64,000 nt of DNA, from assembly GCF_009914755.1 (NCBI RefSeq), contig NC_060927.1, one strand, 5' to 3'. The notes beneath the pieces are model-generated. The model did not search any database. It saw only the letters and a program-made list of their open reading frames with translations, and was not told the DNA's origin. Numbering within the stretch: the stretch's first letter is position 1; each line of letters begins with the position of its first letter. This DNA is from the human T2T-CHM13v2.0 reference genome, Homo sapiens. Shown here in pieces: positions 23,288-38,146 of this stretch. Position numbers and translations under genes: made by a program.

Positions 23288-24818
23288 GGAATGTTGGCAC
23301 CTGTGAAGATTAAGACAGTGTATGCCTCACCTAAATTCAAATTCTATTTTCTTACAATCACTGCAGGCAAAACAAAATACTGCTTAGGTCTATAGGCTAT
23401 GAGGTTGTAACTCCTAAATTATTTCCTGTTTATAATCTATTGAATTGTGACCCTTTAACCTATTACAGCTAAACTGACAGATTACTGGTCAAAATGAATT
23501 TGCTGTTTGTTCACATTGAAATAGTCCGCATGACAATAAGAACGATTTTGATGAAATTTACCAGGCCAAAGCTCGATTGCAAGGCTTTTTTTTTGTTTTT
23601 TGAGTAATTTCGCAACCCTTGGTCTTATTTAATATGCAGAGTACTTATCTCTGGTGAGTTAATGTCTTTCAAAAATTTTAGCTCTATTCCTGAATAATGA
23701 TGGAGAGGTCTTATTAATTGCAATTTTTATAACATTTTCAAGCACCATTTTGTTATTCAGTGGATATCAATTATTTTTAAAAAGATATATTTTAGCATGT
23801 AAAAGAAAAGTCAGAAGTTTATTTTCAGGAGCAACAAGATAAAACCTGAGTCTGGGAATTGAAGTTGTGTGGTCAGTGAAGTTACTTATTTTCTTCTGAA
23901 ACAAAAATTTACATTTATCTTTATATTTTTTTCTGGAAAGAAAAAGGTTAGCCACAGTTACTTATCACAACCTACTTCTGCTAAGCTTTTCCTTAATTAA
24001 AATAAGTGTTTGTGACTAGCAACAGTTATTAAAAGCACATAATATAAATATCTTCTCACATATATTGCTCCTTTTTGTTGTTTAGAAAGAGCACCAGATT
24101 ATTACCACATAATTTCTTCTCTGATAATCCTTTTAATAAGGGAATAAACTTCAGGAAGTGGTTTTAAAAAATATTACGGCTGAAAAGTGCTAGTGAGAGG
24201 AAACTACAGACCTAAACAGCTTTTCCATTTCTTTGGATTTTATATTTTTAACAATAGATTGCATAGTTAGTTGCCTGCTTGGCAAGTTTATTATCCTTAT
24301 CCAGTTGCCAAGCGAGAAACATTTCCAAACTGACAGCAGGTATTAAAAACACCTACAAGTGATTCAAGCCATTAAGAACTCATAAAACTTGAGTGTTCAC
24401 TGGGCTTTGCTTTGTTGGCCAGGCTTTTCCTCAGGGAGCCCCCCTCCAGCTCCTGAAAGGAGATGACAGGCATTTCAAGGTGAAAGCATCAGCTTTTAAC
24501 TGAAACTCTTAGGGTTCCACCCAAACAAAAAGAGAGTATTTTCCTCATATCTAAATATTTAAAGCTGATTCGTCAACTAATCTGGATTAAGAACAAAGGG
24601 CATCTGTGTTTCTCTGATACTGTCTAAAGTACTCGTAAAAAGCAGTTGTGGTGTAACTTACCGAACCCATACTTTTCTTTTATATTTTGTTAGTGTCTGT
24701 AAAAGGAAGATATCACTTCAGATTTCTTTGTAATGTAGATGCTTAGCAGTTTTTCCTATCATTGTTGAGGGCTGGGTTCATTTGAAAGGCTCTGGTTCAG
24801 TTTACTGAGAATTCCATA

Positions 24819-25027
24819 CAGGGATTATGAACTCAAATTACCTATAGGGTTCAGGAAGATAACATAAATATGCAAATTAAGGGGGGGACTGAAGCAGTCA
24901 GGAGTATGGGATCCCTTGTGAACAGGACGGGACACATCTCACCTAAATGCATATTCATTTTTATTGTTAACACAAAAACCAAACAAAATACTTGTTAGAT
25001 CTACAGACCACAAGTTTGAAACTCCTA
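24819..25027. mobile_element. hAT-Charlie MITE (MER58C-like)
   Basis: caggg..aactcaaattacctatagggttcagg start and agtttgaaactcct end, consistent with degenerate TIRs. Confidence 0.45.
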
Positions 25028-25462
25028 ATCTAGCCTTTGAAAGGAAACTCTGATATCCCCAAGAAAATCATATATTGGACCCCTCACTAAAATGGCCAAC
25101 TCACTGTCTGTAAGACAATCAAACAATGGGATGAAGAAAATGAATTTAAACAGAACTTCTTTAAAAACTTAAAAGACTTAAGTATCTGCTGGGGAACATT
25201 ACTTCTTTTACTTTAAAACATATTAAGATGCATGACTTTGAAGCATTGCTTGCCTGTAAGTCTTAGCTAAGGGCAAACATTTTATTGGTGCTCCAACACC
25301 CTATTATTAGATTTATTTCAGAACGTTCTCTTAACTTTGCATCTAGTAGTACTATACAAAAATATTTTATATAAAAATAAAAAATAACAGTAATTACATT
25401 TTTAAAAATATCCACATCCACAAGAGCAGAGGGAATGATAGGGGGCAGGTAACAGTGGGTGA

Positions 25463-25837
<375 letters not shown>

Positions 25838-26839
25838 TGAAAGTGGAAGAGGCTGAAACCTAAAAACATATCGGGGGCAGGCGGAGGGTGGGGGTGCGGG
25901 AGTGGTGCTAGTAAATGCCAATTGATTCATCTGTCAAACCCTAGAATAACTCAGAAATTCAAGAAACCAGGTCAATGGAAAGATGGAAATAAATGATGTG
26001 ACAACAACTGGGGGTTGAGGGACTATTTGGAAGCCTGAAAGAGCTATTAGAATCCCTGGATATCTACTTTATTCCACAGAGTAAAGTTATTAGTCCAGCC
26101 CGGCCCTCAAAAAAACTGGTTGATGTATATTTTGGAGCAATTGCATTCTGTACTCTAAGAAGCCAGACATATTGGAAGGAGAGGTTGAGGTAGTGTGCTG
26201 AGAACAGGTGTTTTGTTTCAAATATACTGGCAGCCAGACAAACCCCCAGGCAGGAGACTGGAGGTTGGGAGAAACTAAATCTCAAAGAAGAGATGTACAG
26301 AGAGTGATATTTTGGTGTACCTGACCAATCACATGGCAATGAAGAAGTTTCAATAGTTAGTGTATCATTTAAAAAAATTGAAAATAGATATATATGTAAT
26401 TATTAAATATTTCAAGCAAAGAAAGCAACACACACCCATGAGTATACGATCAAAATTTTAAAAGATGCTAATATTTTCCATATTAGCTTCAAAGTTTTCT
26501 CTTTAAGAAAAATAAATTAGCTACTGCTAAAGTAGCATCCTGGTCCTTTCATTCTCTATTCATCCCATTCACTTTGAGATGAACACATTCCTGTATTATT
26601 CCCTTGCAAGCTTATCTATTTTTACTCTATATATGTATTCATAAACAATATATATTATTATTTCATGTGTTTAAACATTTTTAATACATTGTATTATTAA
26701 TGTGTTTCTTTGGTTAACTTCAATTCTTCAATTAATCATAATTTATACATGCACCCACATACTATATATAGAGAAAGCCATATTTGGCTCTGTGTTCATG
26801 AACAAAGTTCCCCAAAGATTTTTCTCTTTTTTTTTTTTT

Positions 26840-27560
26840 TTTAACCAAGGTTATGTTAGCCTCACCAAATTAGTTTAATTAACATTTATTTTTCTGTTCT
26901 TTGCAGCAAATTGTAAAAGATACTGGTTTTAGGTTCCTTAATTTTTTCTATTACCTTCTTATAAAACTATCTGGGTCTGGTGGTTTGTGCATGTGTGTTT
27001 ATGTACATTTAAGATTTTAACTACAAATTTGATTTTTTTGCTAATGGTTGGAAGTTTATTGACATATTGTATTTCTCCTTATGTCAATGTTGGTGAGTTA
27101 TACTTTCTAAAAAAGTATCTGTTTTTCCAAGTTTTCAAATTTAATATCATAAAATATGCATTCAATTTCTGTTGTTAAAAATCTGTACTGTATCTTTATA
27201 TGTACATATTGTTTGTGTGTGCCCTCATACTTTTTTCTTTGATCAACTTTATTAGAAGTTTGCCTATTAGTCTATTAGTTTATTAGTCCATGTTTTCAAT
27301 TTCATTTATTATCTTAATGTTATTATTTCTTCTTTTATTTGGCTTAAACTTTTAAAACTTTGAACACTTTTGATTTGCTAATATGTACACTTAAATTTAT
27401 AAATTTCTTTTTAGTTACAATCCACAAGTTTTCGTATTTATGTTTACTGTCATGCAGGTTTAAATCTTATCTAATTTCAACTTTGATTTATGATATAATT
27501 CAGTTATTTAGTTTTCTACTAGTAGAGGCAACACATTTATAGTTATCACAGTACATTCTG
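26840..27560 (-). mobile_element. Old L1M fragment(s)
   Basis: T-rich L1 antisense motifs (aaaactatctgggtctggtg; ataaatttcttt..agttacaatccacaagttttcg). Confidence 0.5.
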
Positions 27561-30500
27561 TATATGTGTAAGAAAACTTGGAATCACAAATAAGCAAAAT
27601 AATTTTAAAAAGCAGTCTAAATGGTCTAAATGAAAAATCATATTTTGTTAAGTAACATGTAAGTACACCCTCTTTAGCTATGTTTGTTAAGTCAGTGGCT
27701 TTGTGGATAATCTTCTTAAATTCACTATTTGCTTTTGAAGGAGATACTAGTATTTCTCTAGTAGATTATGTCTTCTGGTTTTCACTTGGCCAGTGATATC
27801 TCTCTGACTCCCATGATAGATGGCAAATGTAGACACATATTTTAGGCAATTTATACATTTATCATCAACTTTCTTAAGAAATGGAGATTTGGTACTTAAG
27901 TTTTCAATAAACATATGCACTTATTTTGGTTCATTGCTTCCAAAATAGTTTATTTAGAAATAATAATGAGTTGGCAAAACTGAAGTAAGTACTTACAGAT
28001 TAACAACAAATAATAAAAGACAAAATTACTGTAACCAAAATGTTCAGACCACTCAATGTGATGTGAAGGATTGGTCAACATCTATATCATGTACCCATTT
28101 CAAACATTTAACCTACAATTTTCTATCTTGCTCATTTGCCCAACTGACTGGTAGCTTTGTGCATCCTTCAGGCTTTGACACCAGCCACAGTACGACTTAT
28201 TGGATATTAAACAGTTGATGGAGTAGCAGCAGATAATACTTCTCCTTCTGCCATTCCAGAACTGAAAAGGTCATTATCTTCAGTTTCTTGCCTCTCAGAG
28301 CACTTGTTTTGTCAGCTTGCACCTGACAGGCTATTCTGATAGAAAGAGTTAGTTTCAGATGTCTGTAAAGGGTACAGAAACCAGAGATGGGCTTTTCAAG
28401 GTCCTCATTCAGGCTTAACCATGCAATGGGAATTCTGTTCATAGAACACATGTCTCATACTCATAGCTAGATGAAATCATGCTAGAAGCTACAAGCACAA
28501 AGGAGGGGTCCACCAATCTTTGGGAATCTGTTCGTCAAACTAGCAAGGTTTCAAAATATTAATAATTTGACCTTTGTGTTCTAGAATAAAATCATCCTAA
28601 ATTTTACAACAATCGGTGGCAGGGGATGCTCAACCAGACTATCTTAATTTTGTTCCCATTGGCAGTAAGGCATTTTATATTAATGAAGTAAGTAAGAGTT
28701 AACAAGTAGAAATCTTACAGGCACTTCTAGATTCTTGCATCTCACAACTTCCTTCCAGGTTATGGTTTTCTTTTTTCAAATTGTGTTATTTAGCAGTTCT
28801 TTCAAAGTGGGTCTAAGGTAACAACATTCTTAGACTTAATATTTAGAAAATTTTTTTTCATTATTTGATGATTTTTCACTGAGCATAGAATTATGTAGTC
28901 TGTTTCTATTTTTCCTCAATTTGTTTAAGCTTTCAATCTCTATTATTCTGGTCCTATCACTTTAATATTCCATCAGTTTCATGTTTCTAGTCATTGGTTT
29001 ATTCATTATTATTTAGCTTATTATTATTATTTAGCTTATTCATTGTTTCTTTTAAAATATCAATAAGCATTTTTTTTTAATTTCTAAGGTCTCTAATGGG
29101 CCTTTTAAAATATTAAATCTATGATTTAATGATTGTCTGTTCATATCTTAAACTTCCCATTTTATTTTGTAGATACTACTTACACCTTTATTTATGAAGA
29201 TTTTCAAAGCTATGTACTTTAAAGGTCTTTGCAGATGTATTTTATCTCTAGTTTCTTAGATGGTAAAATCTCTTATTTTTGGATTTTGAGTACTTTCATG
29301 GTGCAGGTGCTTCTCATAAGCTTGATTATTATATTTTATGAGCTTAACTTCCAAAAAATATTTCTTCTTTGAGTGCCTTGGATTGGGACGATTTTGTGAG
29401 GCAATCTTTTTTTTTTTTCTTCTCTTTTTCTTTTCTTCTCTCAATTTTTCACACCTTGTCTGATCTATTCTCTCCTTCTCTTCTTCCTTGCCATTCATTC
29501 TCTCTCTCTTTTTTTTCTCTCTCTCATAAAAGGGAACATACTACTTTGCTTAAATTACAGATACATATTTTTTCCTTTCAAGCATAGCTAGATATTTAAA
29601 AGTATTTAAAATATTTTAATTATTTATCATTTCTGGGTTTATACAAAAAGAGGAAGCTTTCAAAATATATTACCTTGACCCAGAAACTAGGCCACTTTAC
29701 CTTTACACTAAAACTAACTACATTAATCCAAATGACAAGAAGATAAGGTACAGATATTTGAAAAGTCTATTGTGTGTAAAGTTCAACTCCAGGGTGCCAT
29801 TGAAATCTCCTGAAGTTTAGGGTACATCAGAAAATGTATAGATTTGTATTTTAGCCTGAGACATGCATGTGTATGAAGCAATTGGTGGTACACGTGATGT
29901 AGTGTACACAGATAGTAATACGAAAAGAACCAGTAAAACATTTCCTGTTTTCTTCTCAGCCAGGGACAAGCTCTTAGATTCTGCCTTTTGTAAACTCTTT
30001 GAAGAACAAAAGAGTATTTTCTGTAGGATTTGGGGGCTGAAAATGTAATTATGGATTCCAAGCAGGGGAAAAATGTATTCTATTTCTAATGGTGTGATGA
30101 GCAAAAGGATTAATGGCAAAGATTTTTTCTCTTTAATATTCTAAAAATGAAGATGTGATAATATAATGTGCACAAATAGAGTAAATGTTCTCAATGATTA
30201 TAACAATTTGAAGATTTCCAGAAGGTAGAATTCTAACTTTTAAAATATGACTTGGATTATCTAATTAAAATTTAGCAAAAATTAGCATAACATATCAGCA
30301 TTATTATAATACTAAGAGGTTGAAACACAGGACCAAAGTGGCAAAATATTTTGAGACTATGCATGAGGTCAGTGTTTGGTCTGACAAACTCGTACAATCC
30401 TTTAAAAATAACTGTGTAAATACATTGGGGAAAATTTGTCTAAATAAAGCTTGCTAGTTGTACATCACTAAATTCACTTCAAAATATTAACCATGCATGA

Positions 30501-32599
30501 TTATTAAAAGTCTGGGCTTAGCTGCCTACTTTAACTTTGAAGCATCATTCACAGTTAGGTTTGAAGTCTCAAAGTGCACCCATCCTTAGAAGATTGCAGG
30601 GAATAGAGGTTAGAACAGTCTTAAACTTCCCACCAGCATTTTTCTGTTTTAGGAATCAGAACTTTAATTTGCATTACTTCAGTGACTTAAAACTCTCCCA
30701 CTTGGCTGGACTTCTTGTCTTCTTGAGCACATTTTAACAGTGTCAATGGAAAATTATGTAAGTAGAGATTTAACTCGTATTGCAGAATTGCAGATTTCCC
30801 TCAGTAAATAGTTTCTAGCTGAAATCTCAAATGGGTTTGTTTTGCAAACTGATAGAGTAAATCAGAACATGTTTCTGTTGTGCTATTTCTAACTTTGGAC
30901 TGTTGCATTTCTAATGATGAATGAACTAATTATGAGAACTAAGGATTTGAGTATGAGGGAAAAAGTATTTGTTAAGATTGTCACGATGGCCACTTTTGAG
31001 GGGACTCTAATTTCTGGTTTTGTCCTTCTCCCCCTTTACATATATTTTTACTTTTCCTAGTTCCATCATAACACACACATACCCTAATTACCCAATATGT
31101 TAATTTATCATGAGAAATATATCTGCCTTCATGACCTGGCATATTTACTACCTACAAACCAATCTTCCTGGGAAGCAAAATCTAATTAAAAGCTGACAGG
31201 CAAGCGTAGCATCATGCAAAGGCAATGATTTGAATATAGTTAATAACTGATGTTACGAATCTGGTGGATTCATTTCTGTCCACTATGGGGCAAAATCTGA
31301 CATAGGGACCGGATATGATGTTCATGCATCATGGTACCTTCTAACCTAAAGATAGATTCTGGAGACTTATTATTTGTGTATTTATCTGTTTATTGTGTTT
31401 ATAGAGGTCCTTAGATTTCTTAAAGCTCAATATAGGCATCAGATTATATGTTATAGCCTTGTTCCTTAGTAACATGATCTTTATAACAAATTCAATTCAT
31501 AACATATAGCTAATTACTAAGATAAATATATCTTGTCTCTTAATTTGTATGTTACATACTTAGGGTAAAAAAGAAATTCTCTGTCAGAAAGTGTGTGACA
31601 TTGCACCATTTTCATCAAATTCAATATATCCTTAGATGCAACTTCCAAAAGGCTTGCAAAGGCTTGCAAAACAGTCAGTGTCAAATTAGTTTAGAACAAA
31701 GTTAGAGTGACCTCAACTAGATCAATGCGATAGCATACCCCACATTCATAACAGAACTTTATTTGTTTGAAATCACCCTTCACAAAATACAGATATTATA
31801 AAGGTAATTTAAAGATTTTTTTGTCTACATAAAATTAAAGCTGGTCCTAAGTCCTCACACAGCAGTGTTGTTAAGACATACTATGTGACTTAGTACTGGC
31901 TCCTACATTCCCATTGGCTTGTAAGAGCATCTCAGGGTTTACGTGCCCCCATATGGCAACAGTCATGTTAATTATTATTTTAACCACTAGTGCCACAGGT
32001 GAACATGAATCCTCTAAAATTTGTGGGGCATTGATGTGTTCAGATCTGGTTGTAGTAGCTTAGGGCAGTTGGATCAAACAACAAACCTGACCAGAAGGGA
32101 AAACTGCTATTGACCTGGCTCATGGTGTTCAACTTCTAAGTCATCCATCAACTCTTTCCCCATCTGGGCTGCTGCATGCATCAAAGACACATGCATGGCT
32201 TTTGTCGACCCTCCCTGTTTCCCAGATCTTCAGGAAGCCCAGTCTCTGTTCAGGTCATTACACTCCCTTCTAACCATCTAAACACTAGACATTTCCCAGT
32301 CTCTTTCTAGAGATGCCTATTTTAATTTCTTTGTGTACTCAACCTTCTTATCAAAGAACTCAGTGAGTTTTTTCTTCAATTGTACTGATGAATGTGAAGG
32401 CAACTTAAAATTTTCCTAAAAGGGATTAATAACGACCTTAGACCTTGAACACAAAACTCAGCTAAGCTTCTAAGATGAAGGTAAAAGAGAATATTTGTTA
32501 TTCTTTTGCTCCTACACCAGCAAGACCAATGCAGAAATTAATCCTTATATCCTGCCACAGAATAGCTGGCTCACACATACAGATAACAAAAGGTCACAC

Positions 32600-32870
32600 T
32601 CTTTGAGAGCTCACCCTGGGTAGGATTGTTTTTAGTGCTTTATAACTATTGACTTCACATATACTTACATTACATATGTTAACTCATGTAATCCTCACAA
32701 GATTCCAATGAAGTAGATAATGTTGTTATTACCATTTTATGAATAAGTAAATTGAGGGAGTGACTGGTTAACCTACTTAGCCAGATCCCATGCTAGTAAA
32801 TGATAGAGCTGAGATTTGAACCCTAGCAGTCTGATGCCAGTGTTATGGCTGTTACCCACCATATTAAGTT
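32600..32870 (-). mobile_element. MIR SINE
   Basis: taatcctcacaa...ccattttatgaataagtaaattgagg...gagctgagatttgaaccctagcagtctga. Confidence 0.75.
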
Positions 32871-33799
32871 GTCTCCCCAAAGATCTCTAGTGAAGACTGA
32901 TTGAATTTTAAAAGGTCAGGTATTTTTCATTCACTATTTTCTTTATTTGCCAATAGCATCATCTTTTTTCCTTCATTGGAATTTGACTTTTTATGAAATG
33001 AATATTTACAGAGTGTTTTCTGTGAGCCTGGTACTAACTATGCAATTTTACAGGTATTATTTATTTTGACCCTCCTAGCCCTGTCTTGTAGGTGATATTA
33101 CTTCTGATTTATAGCTAAGAAGCTGAGATGAAGACTCATTATTATTTTTCATCTAGTCCTAAACCCTCAAGTAAAGATTTCTCTCCTTTAATTATATAAA
33201 GACAGCATTCTGCTGTCTCAGATTCTGCTGCACTGAGCTCCAGTAGCATTTTGCTGTTTTCTTTGCATTATCATATTTTCATAGATTTCACTATACCCAT
33301 CCTCAAAGTATGATTTTGATAATTATTAAAACCATTGGTGGAAGATAATTAAAATGCTTAAAAACTACAATTTAATTTTTTTAAAAAAACAAATTATTTT
33401 TAGCTTTGGTAGCTAAGGTGTTAAAAGGAAAAAAAGTAAAAAAAAAGTTCCTATTGTTTTTTAGTATATTTGATAAACAAATAAGTCTATATTATGCTGT
33501 TTAAGCTAATAAAATTCATGTTTTTAGTAAGGAACTGGTTACATATTATGGTACTAATGACTGATGTTGACATCTGCCACTCAAATTTTTCTGGGTTATG
33601 CTCTTACTCAGGATGTTGGGTACTTAAGGTGATGTGGACTGTCTTAATGGTGAATCTACCTTATTAGAAGATCCTTAGGCTTAATTTCTCTCCAAAGTAA
33701 ATATTTTCATGAGTCTACATTTATCTGTTTTTTTTTTCACTGACTCTTAGATAATATAAAGAATAGAAACAACATATGAAAAATACGTAGTCTGTGTCC

Positions 33800-34640
33800 C
33801 ACATTGGATTCCGTGATCCCTGTTTTCCTCTTGTGCCTCTGGTTCCTTTTTCATAAATAACTCTTGCTGAAATCTCCTCTACCCTAAATCTGAGTTCTGG
33901 ATTTTCTCAGGGTTATAGTTGGCCCTTTTTTCTTTTCATTCTATTTTCTCTCCATGGGTTCTTTCATTTAGTCACATGAGTTCAATTTCTGTCTGTATGA
34001 CGATGGTTTCCAAGTTCCTATCTCTAGCTTCTACCTTTCCTCTGAATACACAATCATATTTCTCAACCTATATTATATCTGTATTTGGATAACTTTCAGG
34101 TATCTCAAACTCAACATACTGAAAACTGAATGAATACCTTTCTCTCAGTATTTTCTTACTCGTCATATTGTAGCACGGTCCATCTAATTGTTCCTGCCAA
34201 AAACATTCTTAGCACTTCTCTTACCTGCACATCCACAGAACCACTAAATATAGTGAATTCCAACTTCTAATTAACTTTTTTAGCTCTTATTTTCTATCCA
34301 TTTCCACTGGCACATCTCTAGTTCAATGCAATCTCACCTTTCTCTGGCACTCTGCAATTGTCCTGTAAATGCTTCACACACACAAAAAACACACTTTTAC
34401 CTCCTTCTGATTCATTATTCCTACAGCAGACAGAATGATCTTCCAAAGACAAGCCTAATATTGTTACTCTTTTGATTAAACCTCTATGTCTTTCTGTTGC
34501 TCTTACAATAAAGTTCAAAAACTCTTACAATGGTCCACAAAAGTCTACGTAATATGATCCCTATTCACATCCTCAGCGATTATGTCATTTTCTCTTTTTC
34601 CTTATGCTTCAACCACGGTGTCTTTCTCCCACCCGTTATT
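33800..34640 (+). mobile_element. L2 LINE remnant
   Basis: ctgtatgacgatggtttccaa (degenerate YADD region), aggtatctcaaactcaacat, cagaatgatcttccaaa. Confidence 0.7.
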
Positions 34641-36049
34641 TGTTTAAATTAATGTAGCTCTTCCTACGTGGTATCTCCAGGGAGTAGAAGATAGCATACA
34701 GCAATGCTATATAGGTGACTTTTAAGAAATTTAGTGATCATTCTAGTGTACATTTTTTATTAAAAAAATAGCATGCATTTAATTTATAAAATTACTTATG
34801 TTATTTACAGAAAAGACAAATTGGGTTATGACTAAATTTAATAAAGTGTGGACTTTGTTTTTTTTTCATAATGAGTACATGTAAGTCCCACTAATATATG
34901 TATAATTCTGTCAGTTGTATCCAAAGTTGCATTTCATTATTAAAATTGAGTGCTCCTTCTACCTTATCCTAATACAGTTTGATTTGTGATCACTAGTAGT
35001 GTTTTGCATTTTCTAGAATTCCTTATCAGCACAGTCTTTTTTCAAACTGTGGTTCAGTGTGACTTTTGCACTTTTTTCCTCCTTGAGCTTTTCTTTTTCA
35101 CTTTGATGTGTTATCAGTGCTCTAGGTGAGCATTACCTTGCAGTTTTTCTGCCAGATCGAGTATAATAGCTACCTGGAGGTTTAAGTTAGGGAGAAGGAT
35201 GTGGGGAAAAAACTTGTAGACAGAGACTAGAAAATATTTCCCCCTCCAAATTGAATCTTATTTCCACACATCTGTCGATTGACTGTTCTTCTGCTACTCA
35301 TGGCTTTTAGTGAGAGAAGTTGCTTGAAGGTCAGACAGGTATACTAAGCCAGTTGACACATTCTCATAAGTTAAGGGTAATGAATTAAACACTCAAAGGA
35401 AGAGCGACCACCATTGCCCTGCCTCTGTCCTATTACAAAGTTTAGTCTCTACGAGAAGTTAATCAACTTAAGAAAAGTTGAGGTTGCATAATGTAGTGGC
35501 TACATGACTAGGGAGTTCAGTTTCCTCATATATATTAAGGTAATATTAATACTCACTTCATGGTACTGTGATAATAGTACAATGGAATAAAAAATATTGT
35601 GTTTGGCACACAGTGTACGCTCAATAGATTAGCTCTTTTCTCCCGACCTCCCAACTTTATCATCCAGAAATGTTTTTTCAGAAGCTCTTCTTTGCCCAAA
35701 ACTTGGAGAGTGTGGGGTTTTGTTTGTTGGGGATTTCATTTCCCTCAATAGCTCAATAAAAGTGTATTGGGATTTTCTTTGTCCATTCATTGCATGAAAA
35801 TTGTTCTTTCTTTAAGACCTATCTTGGCATTGATATGCATCCATTATACGGGCCTGGGGTTAATATGGAGCTAAAAAAGCACTACATATCACATAGCAAA
35901 ACTGCCTAAAATCATGATTAGGCATTTTTCCCCAAGTCACACTTACCAAAATAGTGGCTCTTTAACAACTCTTCTGAAATTTGTACCTGCTGCATCTAAG
36001 TTCTTCCCTATTTGTTGCTGCCTGTCTCCCTGTTTTCCCCTTTTTCTTT

Positions 36050-36490
36050 CCCTGTGAAATAAATATTTGTGTGCCTCCAAAATGTATATGTTAAAATCCT
36101 AACCCCCAATGTGATGGTATTAGGAGGTAAGGCATTGGGAGGTAATCAGGTCATGGGAGTTGAGCCCTCATGAATAAAATTCGTGTTCTTATTTATACAC
36201 AAGAGAGCCTACTTTCCTCCCTCTCTGCTCTCTGCCATGTGAGAATACAGTATAAAGATGACATAGACTTAAGAGGGCATTATTTTTGTTACCTTTCTCA
36301 ACAACTCGTAGGACACTGACAACCAAAATTACCCACCCCCAGCTAGGAAGAGGGTCCTCACCAGAACCTGACCCATTCTGACACTGTGATCTTGGACTTC
36401 CAGCCTGCAAAACTATGAAGAATAAATTTCTCTTGTTTACAAGCCACCCAGTCTACAGTACTTTTTTATAGCAGCCCAAATTGACTAAGG
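36050..36490 (+). mobile_element. MLT1A solo LTR carrying an ~80 bp foreign insert
   Basis: aatcctaacccccaatgtgatggtattaggaggt...cttggacttccagcc...atagcagcccaaattgactaag. Confidence 0.85.
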
Positions 36491-36856
36491 TGCCTTTCCC
36501 TCTCTTCTCTGTCAATAGATCTTTTCCTGCCTTCAGTACATTTTCTTTCCTCCTGTATGCATTTTTAAATTCTTTTTATGTAAATAAAATTAAAGCTTGG
36601 CCATTTCCCCATTCCTTTTCTCCACTTACACATCTCTTATCTGAACTAAGAAAGGTCCAGGTGATCCTTAAATGGAATTTTCTTTAGCAGGTAGAAAGAG
36701 AGGAAGCCTGAGAGGACTTCTATCTTTCCATTATAGTATTTGCTTTACTATGTCCCTAAAAGCTCCTACCAGCTATATAATGATCTAGGTTAAAATTCCT
36801 AAATGTACACTTCAAAATATCAATCTCTTGATTTCCCCTTCCCACATATAAATGCA

Positions 36857-37144
36857 TTTTTTTTTGACAGAGTCTCACTCTGTTGCCCAGGCTGGAGCGC
36901 AGTGGTGCAATCTCAGTTCACTGCAACCTCCACCTCCTGGGTTCAGGTGATCCTCATGCCTTCAGCCTCCCAAGTAGTTGGGATTACAGGCATGCAGCAC
37001 CACACAAGCTAATTTTGTATTTTTAGTAGAGTCTGGCTTTCACCATGGTGGCCAGGCTGGTCTTGAACTCCTGACCTCAGGTGATCCACCTGCCTCGGCC
37101 TCCCAAAATGTTGGGATTACAGGTGTGAGCCACTGTGCCCAGCC
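36857..37144 (-). mobile_element. AluS
   Basis: Full dimer; degenerate TSD atataaatgca / atttaaatgcg. Confidence 0.93.
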
Positions 37145-37779
37145 ATTTAAATGCGTTCTTTATATTCACTGGTGTCTGCCCTTCCCTGCAAGCATAAAGC
37201 CTTTGCATCATATATTATGTAATTTACTCTGTCCTTTTAAATACATCATCTTCCCCATTTTATTTTCAAAACTCTCTTAATAGTCATTTTCTTTATTAAA
37301 CACTGTCAGTGAATTTTACCTGACTTTCCTTTTTATTTCTGCTTCTGTACAGCAGGACATTTTGAACATCATTTTATGCAATCAATAAATTGCTAATGAT
37401 ATGTGCTCTACTGAGTAATATAGTCAGATTCTATTTTTAAAAGCACAAAGACATTTGTTATCAAATATAATTTCACTCAATATTTTTGCTGATGTATATT
37501 AATTATAAGTATTAGCTGCCTCTGTCTAATTTACCTGTTGTGCAGGTCTCAATTTTTACATCATACATCTAAGTTGGTTTTACCTGACTATAATTTTTAG
37601 GCTATAATTTCATTTTAGAGACACTTCTTTGAAGACATAGACTTAGGAATGCATTATTTTTGTTACCTTTCTCAGTAAATCGTAGGACACTGACAACCAA
37701 AATTACCCACCCCCAACGCAGTTTACTGTCTACTTAACATGACTTTATTTTTCCATTTCCTTCAGTAGCATAACCTTAC

Positions 37780-38146
37780 CATTCCAGGACACTTTTGCTA
37801 AGGGAAACTTCCTGAAAGTCTGGTCAATTCTTCAGAAGAGAAGCACCCTCCTGGTTAAACTCTAAAATTCTCCAAAGCCTTAGTTTCAAAATTCTCACCC
37901 TGCTGTTTTCAGTAATTCTAAACTGTGATTTATGACCTTACATGATTCTAATCAATCCCCCACATTGAAAGATCCAGCTTAAACCAAACTTCAAATTCTT
38001 GATAAATTCTGACCTTGCCTTTTTCCCTCTGAGACACTAAGAAAACTTTGCCATGTTGGTATTCTTCTTTACCATGGTGAGCGAAAAACTCAGAGTTATC
38101 TTGGCAGAGGTTGTGTTGGTGAAATTTGAGAAGCCAGTATTCTACA
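37780..38146 (+). mobile_element. Probable old ERV LTR (family uncertain)
   Basis: LTR-like 3' part (ccctctgagacact..., gtgttggtga...gagaagccag..ctaca). Confidence 0.35.

Noticed and set aside
31648-31670. 10-bp tandem duplication aaaggcttgc (similar ones near 29005 and 50382)
   Set aside because: Common slippage events with nothing further to support interest.
27600-32500. Possible host exons in the least repetitive region (e.g. ORFs 28197-28451, 29783-30119)
   Set aside because: No recognisable protein similarity or convincing splice-site pairs. A small exon cannot be excluded without transcript alignment.
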